Positions 1 to 9,601 of a stretch of 32,057 nucleotides of DNA are shown here, piece by piece. The stretch comes from a virus (Duplodnaviria > Caudoviricetes): positions 1 through 32,057 of IMG/VR virus record IMGVR_UViG_3300033076_001246; one strand, written 5' to 3'. The stretch's first letter is position 1, and each line of letters opens with the position of its first letter. A program made the position numbers and the translations under genes. Under the pieces are notes generated by a model. It was given only the letters and a program-made list of their open reading frames with translations. It was not told the origin of the DNA and did no database searches.

Positions 1-1182
1 CCAAGTACGATATTAAAACAGAATCCTAATAGAAATGATTACTTTGAAACAACAGACGGCGGTTTTAGAAAATCCTACGCAATTGGCAGTTCAAGTGTAA
101 CTGGGGATGGAGCGCATTATCTTATTCTTGATGATCCATTACCACCGATGAATGCGCGTTCTGAAGCTGAACGAAAAAACACATTGGAATATATTAAAAA
201 TACATTATTATCTCGTGGCGCTTCTGGTAAAAGATTAAAGGTTTTGAATGTCATGCAAAGAACTCATCAAGATGATGTTGTTGCCATGTTTAAAGCTAAT
301 GATAATTTTGTGACGTTAGAACTGCCCGCTGAATTTAGACAGGATGTAACGATTACAACCCCAAAAAGATCAATATTATATAATAAAGGCGATGTCTTAC
401 AACCAGATATGTATAAAAACGATCCTCAATATCCAAGGGGTTATAAAAGTTTTTTAGATGCACAAAAAAAAGAAATGGGAGAATGGAATTATGCGTGTCA
501 ATATTTACTATCACCAGCACCGCTTGAGGGTGGTTTAGTGCAAAAATCTTTATTAAAATGGTATGATAACGATACAAAGCCAGCTCATTTTAAAATCCTC
601 ATTCATAGTTGGGATACGGCATTTACAGTTACGACTAATAGCGCTTATTCAGCTTGTACAATATGGGGGGTAACAGTAAAAGGATTGTATTTATTGCAGG
701 TGATTAATGAGAGGCTCGACAGTACCGATCTTGATAAGAAAGTAAGAATGCTTGCTAACAGAGATAAACCATATCGTATCTTAATTGAGAATAAAGCTAG
801 TGGTATTGGATTAATCCAGCGCTTGCAACGAACCACGATGCTACCTATACAGTCAATTAATGTGACTGGTAGTAATAAAAATAGTGCTGAATCTAATCCT
901 AAGGTCGAGCGTTTTACTTTTGCTAAGAATTACATTGACACTGGTAAGATATATCTACCGACTCATTCTCCTTGGCTGGATGATTATTTGCAGCAAATAT
1001 TAACCTTCCCTAATTCGGCCTTTGCTGATATGGTTGATAGTACGAGTCAATTTTGTAAATGGTTTCACGAAAATGAAAGATATTTACTTGACTTAATTAG
1101 CGAACCAGAATATTTATATAACAACTTTGACGAGTTATCTGATAGTAATATTAGAGAAACACATAATTATACTGGCTATTAA
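1..1182 (+). CDS. terL: Terminase large subunit, C-terminal part (continues from 31689..32057; about 516 aa in total)
   Basis: The frame is open from base 1 (PSTILKQNPNRNDYFETTDGGFRKSYAIGSSSVTGDGAHYLILDDP). Walker B-like YLILDD, coupling motif VMQRTHQDD, and RNase H-like nuclease motifs SWDTA, IENKASG and DMVDSTSQ. Lies directly before the portal. Confidence 0.95.
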   Translation, partial: PSTILKQNPNRNDYFETTDGGFRKSYAIGSSSVTGDGAHYLILDDPLPPMNARSEAERKNTLEYIKNTLLSRGASGKRLKVLNVMQRTHQDDVVAMFKANDNFVTLELPAEFRQDVTITTPKRSILYNKGDVLQPDMYKNDPQYPRGYKSFLDAQKKEMGEWNYACQYLLSPAPLEGGLVQKSLLKWYDNDTKPAHFKILIHSWDTAFTVTTNSAYSACTIWGVTVKGLYLLQVINERLDSTDLDKKVRMLANRDKPYRILIENKASGIGLIQRLQRTTMLPIQSINVTGSNKNSAESNPKVERFTFAKNYIDTGKIYLPTHSPWLDDYLQQILTFPNSAFADMVDSTSQFCKWFHENERYLLDLISEPEYLYNNFDELSDSNIRETHNYTGY

Positions 1183-3239
1183 TGTATAAAATTGAGGAAG
1201 CAATTAGCATGAAAGATATTCTTGCTACGGATAATATTGCAACATTAATTACTGAACAAGATCTAAAAAAATTAGCTAATACTCTTGTTACGGATTATCA
1301 ACAAGATAAAAACAATTTTGAAACACGTAAGCGTAAAATTCAACGATATTATGATTTAGCATTACAAATTAAATCTAATAGACAATTACCGTTTGATGAG
1401 GCATCTGATGTAATTATGCCTATTTTGACAAAGGCTGTTTTAAATTTTGCTGCTACAGCTTATCCTTCAATTATTAAAGACGATCAAGTAGTTAAAATAA
1501 AAGTATTAGGAGACGATAATCAAGGGGAGGAGTTAAAAAATGCGATTACGGGTCAGGCTATTAATGATAAGACAGGAAAGACATTACGTATTAATACGGG
1601 GTCAAAATATCAATCGGGAATGCGTGTTGCAAATGCAATGAATACGCAGTTATTATGTGATATGCCAGAATGGGAAAACGACACTGATTTAATAATGCAT
1701 ATTCTGCCAGTCGTTGGAACGTGTTTCCGTAAGATTTATTATGATCATGTTAACGGTAAAGTTAAATCGGAGATTGTGCTTCCGCAGTTTCTATTAATTG
1801 ATAGTGATGCAAGATGTTTTGATACTGCTAACCGTATTACGCAAATTTTACAATTATATCCTCACCAAATTCAAGAATATATAAATGCAGGGATTTTTAT
1901 TAATGCTGCCAATATTGATTCTGAAACAATGATTAATAATTTAAACGATTATTATAATAATTCGGATGTGGTTAATAATTCTATATCTGATGATGGAGCA
2001 CGTTTATTTGTTGAACAGCATCTACGCATTGATTTAGATGGTGATAATTATCCCGAACCTTATATTGTGTGGATGGATGAGTCCGGTCAAAATATTTATC
2101 GGATTGTAAAACGTTTTACCACTGAAGATATTATATATCAAGATACTCAGCGTGCATCATATCTAAAGCAATTATTTTCTAAAAAACAGGATAAAATTAA
2201 AACTATAAAAGAAGAAAGATATTATGTAAAATATAGTTTTATTCCTAACCCAGAATCGCCAATTTACGATTTGGGATATGGCGATTTATTAGATCAACTA
2301 AATTGCACAGTCAATACCACTTACAATCTTATGATTGATGCGGGTCATAAACAAGTAATGAACGGTGGCCTCATTAGTCGTGAGCTACGTATGAAAGGTG
2401 GCACGCAAAAAATTAAAGCTTTTCAATGGACTCCTGTTGACACACCTATTGGAATGCAATTAAGAGACGCACTTTTACCATTACCAACGCCAGAATTAAA
2501 CCCTGTACTATTTCAATTAATGCAAGATGCTAAACAGCAGGCTGAACAAATAAGCGTTGTTAACAAGGTTGCTCTTGGAGAAATACCAGCTAATACACCC
2601 GCAACAACTATATTAGCGATGATTGATCAATCGTCAATTCAATTTAAAGCTATTTTTAAAAGAATACATCGCTCTTTAAAGGCAGAGTTCAAGCGCATTT
2701 TTGAATTAGATAAGCGTTATCTAACTGATGAAGAATATAACCAATATTTATCCTCTAACGGAGAATATACAGTTCAGGATGATTTTAATATAGGTCATTA
2801 TACATTAGTGCCTTGTTCTGATCTTGATTGTTTAAATAACACTCAGCAATTAATAAAGGCTCAAATTTTAGATGCATACAAAGATGATCCATTAATGAAC
2901 GGTCTTGAAATCCGTAAATATATTTTAGATGCAATCGGCATAAAGGATATTGAAAAATTTATCGTAGAACCGCAACCATCACAACAACCTCAGCCAGATC
3001 CCATTGCGCTAGCTCAAGCAAAGGCGTTGGATGCACAGGCTCAAAAACTCCTTAACGATGCGCAAGTTGATAACCAAAAATTGATGCTTGAACAGGAAAA
3101 ACTTATGATAGAAAAAATAAAAGCTCAAACGAGTGGAATTAAGAATCTTGCAGATGCGGAAAGTAAATCGTCAGCAAGTGAAATTAACAAATTTCAAACT
3201 GTAGCACAGCAATTAACTAATGTAATGAATAATGAATAA
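1182..3239 (+). CDS. Portal protein (P22-like size)
   Basis: 685 aa, directly after TerL with TAATG coupling. Has a GTCFRKIYYD motif, a YDLGYG-type segment and a Gln/Ala-rich helical C-terminus like P22-type portal barrels. Confidence 0.85.
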   Translation: MYKIEEAISMKDILATDNIATLITEQDLKKLANTLVTDYQQDKNNFETRKRKIQRYYDLALQIKSNRQLPFDEASDVIMPILTKAVLNFAATAYPSIIKDDQVVKIKVLGDDNQGEELKNAITGQAINDKTGKTLRINTGSKYQSGMRVANAMNTQLLCDMPEWENDTDLIMHILPVVGTCFRKIYYDHVNGKVKSEIVLPQFLLIDSDARCFDTANRITQILQLYPHQIQEYINAGIFINAANIDSETMINNLNDYYNNSDVVNNSISDDGARLFVEQHLRIDLDGDNYPEPYIVWMDESGQNIYRIVKRFTTEDIIYQDTQRASYLKQLFSKKQDKIKTIKEERYYVKYSFIPNPESPIYDLGYGDLLDQLNCTVNTTYNLMIDAGHKQVMNGGLISRELRMKGGTQKIKAFQWTPVDTPIGMQLRDALLPLPTPELNPVLFQLMQDAKQQAEQISVVNKVALGEIPANTPATTILAMIDQSSIQFKAIFKRIHRSLKAEFKRIFELDKRYLTDEEYNQYLSSNGEYTVQDDFNIGHYTLVPCSDLDCLNNTQQLIKAQILDAYKDDPLMNGLEIRKYILDAIGIKDIEKFIVEPQPSQQPQPDPIALAQAKALDAQAQKLLNDAQVDNQKLMLEQEKLMIEKIKAQTSGIKNLADAESKSSASEINKFQTVAQQLTNVMNNE

Positions 3240-3495
3240 TGTAAATGAATTAATCACGCAAGAGGAATATTATGCGTGGCGTAAAGAACCAATGACTAAA
3301 ATATTTTTTCAATATTTAGAACGTGTATCAGACATAAACGCAGAGCGAGTGAAACAGTCTGTTTTATTAGGTTTTGAAATTCCAGAAAAGGAAAGGGTAG
3401 AAATTACCTATAGCTGCGCTATAATTCGTAAAATACTTTTGTTAGAACATGATGATTTAAATGTTGTGCTTCAACCAGAAGAGATAAAAAAATAA
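3232..3495 (+). CDS. Hypothetical head-module protein (87 aa)
   Basis: ORF overlaps the portal stop and is co-oriented. No recognised motif. Confidence 0.7.
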   Translation: MNNVNELITQEEYYAWRKEPMTKIFFQYLERVSDINAERVKQSVLLGFEIPEKERVEITYSCAIIRKILLLEHDDLNVVLQPEEIKK

Positions 3496-3519
3496 GAATG
3501 TAATTTTAAATTGTTATAT

Positions 3520-3852
3520 ATGGTTAAAGCTGTTAATAAAAAACATAATATTAATATAATATATCCCGTTGATCAATATCTTTTGGTGCGGTTACCTAAA
3601 ATTGAAGAAAAAACTGCAGGCGGTATTATTTTAATGGATTCCCAGATTAACAGTGAGCAATCTGGAACTGATACGGGTGAGATCATTAAATTAGGAGCTG
3701 CTGCAATTGTACAGTATAACGGTGATGCAGTTGCTAATATTGGTGATAGTGTGATGTTTCAAAAATACGCTGGCTATATGTTGTATGGAACAGATGATGA
3801 AGTTTATCGCTTGGTATTAGATAAGGATATTATTGCCGTTTTTCCAAAATAA
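3520..3852 (+). CDS. groES: GroES/Cpn10 co-chaperonin
   Basis: P-x-D-x-x-L-V start, mobile loop EEKTAGGIIL, and IGDSVMFQKYAG ... YRLVLDKDIIAV are characteristic Cpn10 motifs. ATG at 3520 preferred over TTG at 3511. Confidence 0.9.
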   Translation: MVKAVNKKHNINIIYPVDQYLLVRLPKIEEKTAGGIILMDSQINSEQSGTDTGEIIKLGAAAIVQYNGDAVANIGDSVMFQKYAGYMLYGTDDEVYRLVLDKDIIAVFPK

Positions 3853-3875
3853 CACTTTAATTTATATATATAAAT

Positions 3876-4814
3876 ATGATAGATGATAAAATAAACAATA
3901 TTGCAGAACAAATACCGTTTGAGAATGATGCGGCTAACACAACAAGCGCACAGGTGCAAGATTATGTTGGTCAATATGGCCAAGATGTTGTTGAGAAGGC
4001 GAAAAAGTGGGGATGGAAAGAGGATTATTCTAATAATGAGACATTTCTTGATCCTAAGTCATTTGTCGATAATATTGAAAATGAAGTTCCTAATCTTAGA
4101 AAGTTAGCACGCAAAGCTCAAGAATTAGAGGAAAGAGTGCGCAAAAGGGATGATGAGTTAGGTATTCTCTTAAAAAGTCAAGAAATAGAAAGGCGTAATC
4201 GCTTAAGGCAAATCGAAAGGGAGAAAGATGAGGCGCTAGCAAGGTTTCAGAAGGAACATCAAGCCGCTGTGGATGATGTTGATTACGTTAAAGCTCGAGA
4301 AATAGCTCAAAAAGAGCTTGCGTATCGTAATGAATATGAAATAATAAAAAAAGATTATGAGGATCTTGCAAAGCCTAATGTACCTCAAATTAATCAACAA
4401 ACTACTCCTCAATTTACTCAAGATGAAGTAGAATTATTACGTCAATGGACTGCAAGTAATTCATGGTATGCGTCTGATAATAGTGCGCGTTCTGAAGCTG
4501 ATCAATTTTTTTTAGAAAAATTAAAAACGGGGCTATCTGTACATGCGGCAGTGCAAGAAGTAGAAAAACATATTACGCCAAAATACAATAGAAATGCACG
4601 TGTCTTGCAAGAAAGAGATACAAATTATCCTACATCTTTACAATCAGCAAGAGTACCCAATATATCAAGGCACTCTTGGGATAATCTTACTACTGAAGGA
4701 AAGGCAGAGTATGAAGCATTGCAAGATTTATATAAGCGTAACAAACGAGTTTTTACAAAGGAAGAGTTTCTTAAAGAAAGATCGCATGATAAATCTTACT
4801 GGAAAACAAAATAA
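3876..4814 (+). CDS. Putative capsid scaffolding protein
   Basis: Highly charged coiled-coil (E/K/R/Q-rich) protein with AKKWGW and WTASNSWY segments, located between portal and capsid genes. Confidence 0.65.
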   Translation: MIDDKINNIAEQIPFENDAANTTSAQVQDYVGQYGQDVVEKAKKWGWKEDYSNNETFLDPKSFVDNIENEVPNLRKLARKAQELEERVRKRDDELGILLKSQEIERRNRLRQIEREKDEALARFQKEHQAAVDDVDYVKAREIAQKELAYRNEYEIIKKDYEDLAKPNVPQINQQTTPQFTQDEVELLRQWTASNSWYASDNSARSEADQFFLEKLKTGLSVHAAVQEVEKHITPKYNRNARVLQERDTNYPTSLQSARVPNISRHSWDNLTTEGKAEYEALQDLYKRNKRVFTKEEFLKERSHDKSYWKTK

Positions 4815-4832
4815 TAATTATTTTTACTATAT

Positions 4833-5411
4833 ATGATGAACAATAATGATACTGATCTAAAAATTTTAGATAAACCACTTGACAAACAAAAAATAAATAA
4901 ATCAGTTGTATCTAGTGATGATGTTTTAGACGTTAAAACCGTTAGATTAAACGGACGCGATGTTGCAATTGCAACAAAACGTGATAAAAACGGACGAAAA
5001 TATCAAGAATGGACAATTAATGGTAAAGTTTATACAAAAAAGATAAATTTTGGCAGTAGTGTTCTAGATGTTAATCCAGATCATTTAGATAGTAATTTCT
5101 ACTATAGATGGGTTAATAGTTCTAAGGTTGACTCCTTGGAAAGTGCAGGGTATGAAGTGGTTTCAGATAAAAATATTACCACACATATTGAGGCATCAAA
5201 AACGGTAGGCTCTCAAAAGCAAGTGCTTATGAGAATACCACAAGAAATCAGAGAGTTTTCAGCAATAGAAGCGGAAAATAAACGCAAAAAACAATTAGAA
5301 GCATTGCAACGTCACCCTCAGGGAGATGGCGGCGATTTACCTAAGAATTTTTTTGGCTCTCAAGATACGCGCTTTTCTGATAAAAAACAGCGTATTGAAG
5401 ATTTCGAATAA
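4833..5411 (+). CDS. Hypothetical head-module protein
   Basis: 192 aa with a YRWVN...GYEVV...VLMRIP pattern, located between scaffold and capsid genes. Confidence 0.6.
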   Translation: MMNNNDTDLKILDKPLDKQKINKSVVSSDDVLDVKTVRLNGRDVAIATKRDKNGRKYQEWTINGKVYTKKINFGSSVLDVNPDHLDSNFYYRWVNSSKVDSLESAGYEVVSDKNITTHIEASKTVGSQKQVLMRIPQEIREFSAIEAENKRKKQLEALQRHPQGDGGDLPKNFFGSQDTRFSDKKQRIEDFE

Positions 5412-5447
5412 TAAATAAATCAATCTTATAATTTATATTATTAATAT

Positions 5448-6011
5448 ATGGCAAACGTAAATGCGCCTTTTGGCTTTAAAGCGATTCAAACAGACAGTGG
5501 GTCTGTCTTTGGAAAGTTAACAAAATATTATATAAGCTCAGGTGATTCATCTGGTGCTATTTACATTGGTGATCCTGTTATTGTAGATGGTAGCGCTGAT
5601 GCAAACGGTATACCTAGCGTTACAAGGGCAACAGCTGGTTCGAATGGTTATACAACAGGTGTTGTACATTCTTTTGAAATGGCAAATTTAACTGATACTA
5701 AATATCGTACAGCTGCAACCGCAAGATATGTTTATGTACTTGACGACCCAGATCTTGCGTTTGAAATACAAGCTGATGAAGATATCGTTGCTGCCGATGT
5801 CAGTAATACAGTTGACTTTACCTTCGGTAGTGGTGGTAGCACGACAACGGGTGTAAGTGGTGCTGTTCTCGATAGTTCAAATATCGGAACTGGCACTCAA
5901 CTAAAGATCCTCAGTGTATCTCAAGGGTTAAAAAATGAGATCGGATCGAATTACTGCGTTGCCGTTGTTAGATTCGCTCTACATGAAAAACGTAGAACAA
6001 CTGGCGTGTAA
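5448..6011 (+). CDS. Putative capsid decoration/cement (minor head) protein
   Basis: MANVNAPFGF start, IYIGDPV, YVLDDPD..FEIQ. G/S/T-rich beta protein immediately upstream of the MCP. Confidence 0.6.
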   Translation: MANVNAPFGFKAIQTDSGSVFGKLTKYYISSGDSSGAIYIGDPVIVDGSADANGIPSVTRATAGSNGYTTGVVHSFEMANLTDTKYRTAATARYVYVLDDPDLAFEIQADEDIVAADVSNTVDFTFGSGGSTTTGVSGAVLDSSNIGTGTQLKILSVSQGLKNEIGSNYCVAVVRFALHEKRRTTGV

Positions 6012-6048
6012 TTAAATTAAACTAAATGAATTATTAATAAATATTATT

Positions 6049-6972
6049 ATGACTATACATAGCACAAATACCTTTCCAAGTGCTTTAATGCCTGGAAAAT
6101 ATAGTTACGCATTGCAAAAAATATACCAAGATACTGATTTTTATTGGAAAAAAATATTTTCCGTTAAGAAATCTAGATTAAAAACTGAATACGGCGTTGT
6201 TGCTAATACATTCGGTCTTGCTCAACCTTATACTGAAGGTGGCAAAATTACTTACCAATCACAATCAGAAGGCGCAACAATATCCGTGCAGCACACAACG
6301 TATGCAAGCGGTTACATTTATACGATGGAAGAAGATTATTTCATGGTACCAGAAGCTAAAAAGGAATTGATTAATTCAATGTCAACAGATCTTTTACGTG
6401 CTTTTGGAAGAACGAAAGAAGTAGTGCATATGAACATTTTAAATCGTGCGTTTAATACTTCTTACAATTATGGTGATACTACATCTTTGGTATCAACATC
6501 TCACACGACTAACTACGGTAACCAATCTAATAGACTAGCTGTTGATGCTGATATTTCTGAAACATCTTTAGAAAATTTGATTATACAAATTCAACAAGCT
6601 CAAGATAATGTAGGAAATCAAATTGGTTTAATGCCTAGAGCCTTGGTTGTTCCACCTTCTCTAATGATGGAAGCTGAAAGAATTGTCGGTTCTCAACTGC
6701 AAAATGATACTGCAAATAATGCAATTAACGTCATTAAAGCTAAGAGGTATGTGCAAGAAATTCTAGTGTCTCCATACTTGACGGATACTGATGCTTTCTT
6801 CTTAACAACTGATGTTTCTGAAGGAAAGGGATTTGTTCACTTTGATGCTATTGCACTACATTCAGCAGAAGAACCTTTAATTGATGGTTTTGGTACTAAA
6901 GTTAAAATGGCTGAAACATATTCCGCAACATGTTTTGACTGGCGTGCTGTTTATGGTTCTGCTGGTGCTTAA
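6049..6972 (+). CDS. Major capsid protein (HK97 fold expected)
   Basis: 307 aa. Has EGGKITY, ISETSLENLIIQI, PRALVVPPSL, SPYLTDTDAFFL and a C-terminal DWRAVYGSAGA typical of capsid proteins. Position fits. Confidence 0.85.
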   Translation: MTIHSTNTFPSALMPGKYSYALQKIYQDTDFYWKKIFSVKKSRLKTEYGVVANTFGLAQPYTEGGKITYQSQSEGATISVQHTTYASGYIYTMEEDYFMVPEAKKELINSMSTDLLRAFGRTKEVVHMNILNRAFNTSYNYGDTTSLVSTSHTTNYGNQSNRLAVDADISETSLENLIIQIQQAQDNVGNQIGLMPRALVVPPSLMMEAERIVGSQLQNDTANNAINVIKAKRYVQEILVSPYLTDTDAFFLTTDVSEGKGFVHFDAIALHSAEEPLIDGFGTKVKMAETYSATCFDWRAVYGSAGA

Positions 6973-6999
6973 TTAATCATATTATTTAAAATTAAGATT

Positions 7000-7974
7000 A
7001 TGAGTATCACAAATTTTACAAATGGAATCCAAGCCCCTTTCTTTGTAGGGGCTTCTTTTCCAACTCAAGGAAATGTTTTTTTTGTCAAACCTTCTACAGG
7101 TAGTGATGGAAATAGCGGTAAATCTCCTGATAAGGCGCTAAAGACTCTTGTTACAGCACTTAGTAAATGTACGGCCAATCAGAATGACGTTGTATATTTT
7201 CTATCTGAAGGAAATACAGCCGCAAATACTACTGACTATCAATCGACTGCCCTTAATTGGAATAAGGATGGAGTGCATTTGATAGGTATTAATGCTAGTT
7301 CAAGAATTGGACAACGTTCAAGAATTAGTCAGCTTTCAACCGTAAAAACTATTGAAGCTTTATTTACTATCTCTGCTAATTCCTGCTTTATTGCAAATAT
7401 TGAAGTCTTTCAAGGGGTAGCATCAAGTACAGCCACTGCACCAATAGCAGTTACAGTTAGTGGCCAGAGGAATAAAATTGTTAATTGTCAATTTTCTGGC
7501 ATAGGAGACGTATCAATGGATGTTTCTGGAGCTAGATCTCTTGCGTTAAGTGGTTCGGAAAATACTTTTGAAGGGTGTTATATTGGTCTTGACACTGTTA
7601 TCCGTGGAACGGCTGCCGCTGAAATAGGTCTCACAGGCTCGCCGACAAGGAATATTTTCAAAGATTGCATTGTTAGTACCTATACTAGCGCTACTGGCTT
7701 TTTACCAGTAACGGTAGCGGCTGGAATGGATAGATTTACAATTTTTGAGAATTGTAAATTCTTATGTTCTGCGAACATTACCTCTGCTGCAACGCCTGCA
7801 GCTGTCTTTGGTGGATCTATTAGTTCAATTAATGGTGTTATACACTTAGTTAACCCATATACTAACTGTACACAATATGCTGCCGCTGATGCTAGTAGAG
7901 TAATTGCTCTTGGTCATAACGGGCTTGCAACTGGTCATTTGATTGGTATCGCGCAAGGTATAGATGCCGCTTAA
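7000..7974 (+). CDS. Right-handed beta-helix (pectin-lyase-like) virion protein
   Basis: FFVKPSTGSDGNSGKSPDKALKT N-cap motif followed by repeated N-x-(F/I)-x-(N/D/G)-C rungs (NKIVNC, NTFEGC, NIFKDC, TIFENC). Confidence 0.65.
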   Translation: MSITNFTNGIQAPFFVGASFPTQGNVFFVKPSTGSDGNSGKSPDKALKTLVTALSKCTANQNDVVYFLSEGNTAANTTDYQSTALNWNKDGVHLIGINASSRIGQRSRISQLSTVKTIEALFTISANSCFIANIEVFQGVASSTATAPIAVTVSGQRNKIVNCQFSGIGDVSMDVSGARSLALSGSENTFEGCYIGLDTVIRGTAAAEIGLTGSPTRNIFKDCIVSTYTSATGFLPVTVAAGMDRFTIFENCKFLCSANITSAATPAAVFGGSISSINGVIHLVNPYTNCTQYAAADASRVIALGHNGLATGHLIGIAQGIDAA

Positions 7975-7994
7975 TAATTTTTATATCATGTTGT

Positions 7995-8615
7995 ATGTTA
8001 AAAACTAAAACATTTACGCCTTCTAACGAAAATACAACATACTTTTTAAGTAATGCTACAGGTGCTACTTGGACTCTTACAAATACTAGTACACCTGATA
8101 GCATTGCTCATCAAGTCTCCATTAAAAACGATAGTGCAACGGATCACTCTGATAAAACTGCGTTATTAACTGGAACGGATGAAAACGGCGTTGCGCAGAC
8201 GGAAACGGTTACGTTACCAACTGGATCGGCAACGGTAGAAAGTACGAAATATTTTAAGACGTTGACTAGCATTGTGCCGTCTGCAACAATTGGTGCAGAT
8301 ACAATGGATATAGGTTATGTTGATGAGATTTCTACTAATTGGTTTCAACTTGATCATGCAAAAAAACGAAAAACAGTTGCTTTTAATATTATTATAGCTG
8401 GTACTATTAATTATACTGTTCAACAAACACTTCAGAATATTCAAACAACGGGACGTGATAGTGTGAATTGGCTAAATCATGATGACACTTCATTAGTAAG
8501 TGCAACAACTAGTCAAAATGGTAATTATGATTTTACCCCGTCTGCAATGCGTATTATTATAAACTCCTATTCATCTGGTGCGACTTTGCAAGTATCCATT
8601 ATTCAAGGTGTATGA
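7995..8615 (+). CDS. Thr-rich virion structural protein
   Basis: 206 aa with LTGTDENGVAQTETVTLP...STKYFKTLTSI. Located within the head/neck module. Confidence 0.6.
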   Translation: MLKTKTFTPSNENTTYFLSNATGATWTLTNTSTPDSIAHQVSIKNDSATDHSDKTALLTGTDENGVAQTETVTLPTGSATVESTKYFKTLTSIVPSATIGADTMDIGYVDEISTNWFQLDHAKKRKTVAFNIIIAGTINYTVQQTLQNIQTTGRDSVNWLNHDDTSLVSATTSQNGNYDFTPSAMRIIINSYSSGATLQVSIIQGV

Positions 8616-8616
8616 T

Positions 8617-9360
8617 ATGGGCTTGGGTACTTTTCGTTTAGGGAAATTTGGCCTTGGTAGCAAAAAATGTGGTACAAACGAATTAAGTTCGCCTTTTGAT
8701 TGTAACGAGATTTCTAACTTAGAATTGTGGATTGATTTTGCTGATAGTAGAACTATTGAAAAAGCTGCCAACAATAATTTTCAAAAAGCGTTTGACAAGT
8801 CAAAAAGAAAACTAGTAGCTGTTGATGGAGGGATTGAAAGCCCAGCGGTAGTAACAAATGGTATTAATGGGCTGTCGTCTGTACGGTTTGTAAGCACTCC
8901 CACAGGAAGTATAGTCGTAGCATTTGGTAGAACATTAACGCAGCCTACTACGATATTTTCAGTCGCTAAGGTAGAAACGACGGTAAACGCTGTTTTTTAC
9001 TATGACGGCATTACTAGTGGTAATCGTCATGCTTTATATGATCACACTGGGTCAACGGGATATGGTTTTTTTGGCGGCACTCAGTTGACAGGTGGTACGG
9101 TAGATACTAACCCTCATATCTTTAGGGCGGTGTATAATACTACGTCATCAGTATTGTATAGAGATGGTACGTCAATCATTTCTGGAAACGCTGGTTCGAA
9201 TACATTAACTGGCTTAACCCTTGGAGCTAATAATGCAGGTGCGACAAATTTTGATGGATTTCTTGGAGAAATTATTGTTTATAATAAAGTATTATCAACT
9301 ACTGAAGTAACGCAAGTGCAAACATATTTATCGAAAAAGTGGAAAATTACTATTGCATAA
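8617..9360 (+). CDS. Concanavalin A/LamG-like beta-sandwich virion protein
   Basis: LELWIDFAD, NGINGLSSVRF and FDGFLGEIIVYNKVLSTTEVTQVQTYLSKKW are LamG-like signatures. Probable ATG at 8617, just after the upstream TGA. Confidence 0.7.
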   Translation: MGLGTFRLGKFGLGSKKCGTNELSSPFDCNEISNLELWIDFADSRTIEKAANNNFQKAFDKSKRKLVAVDGGIESPAVVTNGINGLSSVRFVSTPTGSIVVAFGRTLTQPTTIFSVAKVETTVNAVFYYDGITSGNRHALYDHTGSTGYGFFGGTQLTGGTVDTNPHIFRAVYNTTSSVLYRDGTSIISGNAGSNTLTGLTLGANNAGATNFDGFLGEIIVYNKVLSTTEVTQVQTYLSKKWKITIA

Positions 9361-9361
9361 C

Positions 9362-9598
9362 ATGAAACGAGATTTTACTAATAAGGTTCAATGTGCTAGA
9401 ACAGGGTTTTATCACCCTGCAAATGAGATGCGTCGTGAATATGACGGAAAGTGGGTACATAATAGCGTTTTTTTAAAGATGAATCCTCAAGATGTTTATG
9501 TACGTACTATTAAACCAATTATTCCCTATCTGATACAATCAAATGACGAGGATAATTATCAATTTCAATCAGGTACAGTAGATCCATCAACCTTATAA
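9362..9598 (+). CDS. Small hypothetical neck-module protein
   Basis: CARTGF...MRREYDGKWV...NPQD. ATG at 9362 follows the upstream stop. Confidence 0.6.
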   Translation: MKRDFTNKVQCARTGFYHPANEMRREYDGKWVHNSVFLKMNPQDVYVRTIKPIIPYLIQSNDEDNYQFQSGTVDPSTL

Positions 9599-9601
9599 TA
9601 T

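Noticed and set aside
148-1182. TerL start at ATG 148 (apparently truncated terminase)
   Set aside because: The frame is open upstream through base 1 and joins 31689..32057.
153-4501. 18-bp exact repeat TGCGCGTTCTGAAGCTGA at 153..170 and 4484..4501
   Set aside because: Both copies are in-frame coding sequence (ARSEA) in unrelated genes, and there is no recombinase. Probably coincidence.
6960-7002. Programmed frameshift or readthrough fusing the MCP to the beta-helix protein
   Set aside because: No slippery heptamer at the MCP end, the spacer contains further TAA triplets, and the downstream gene has its own ATG.
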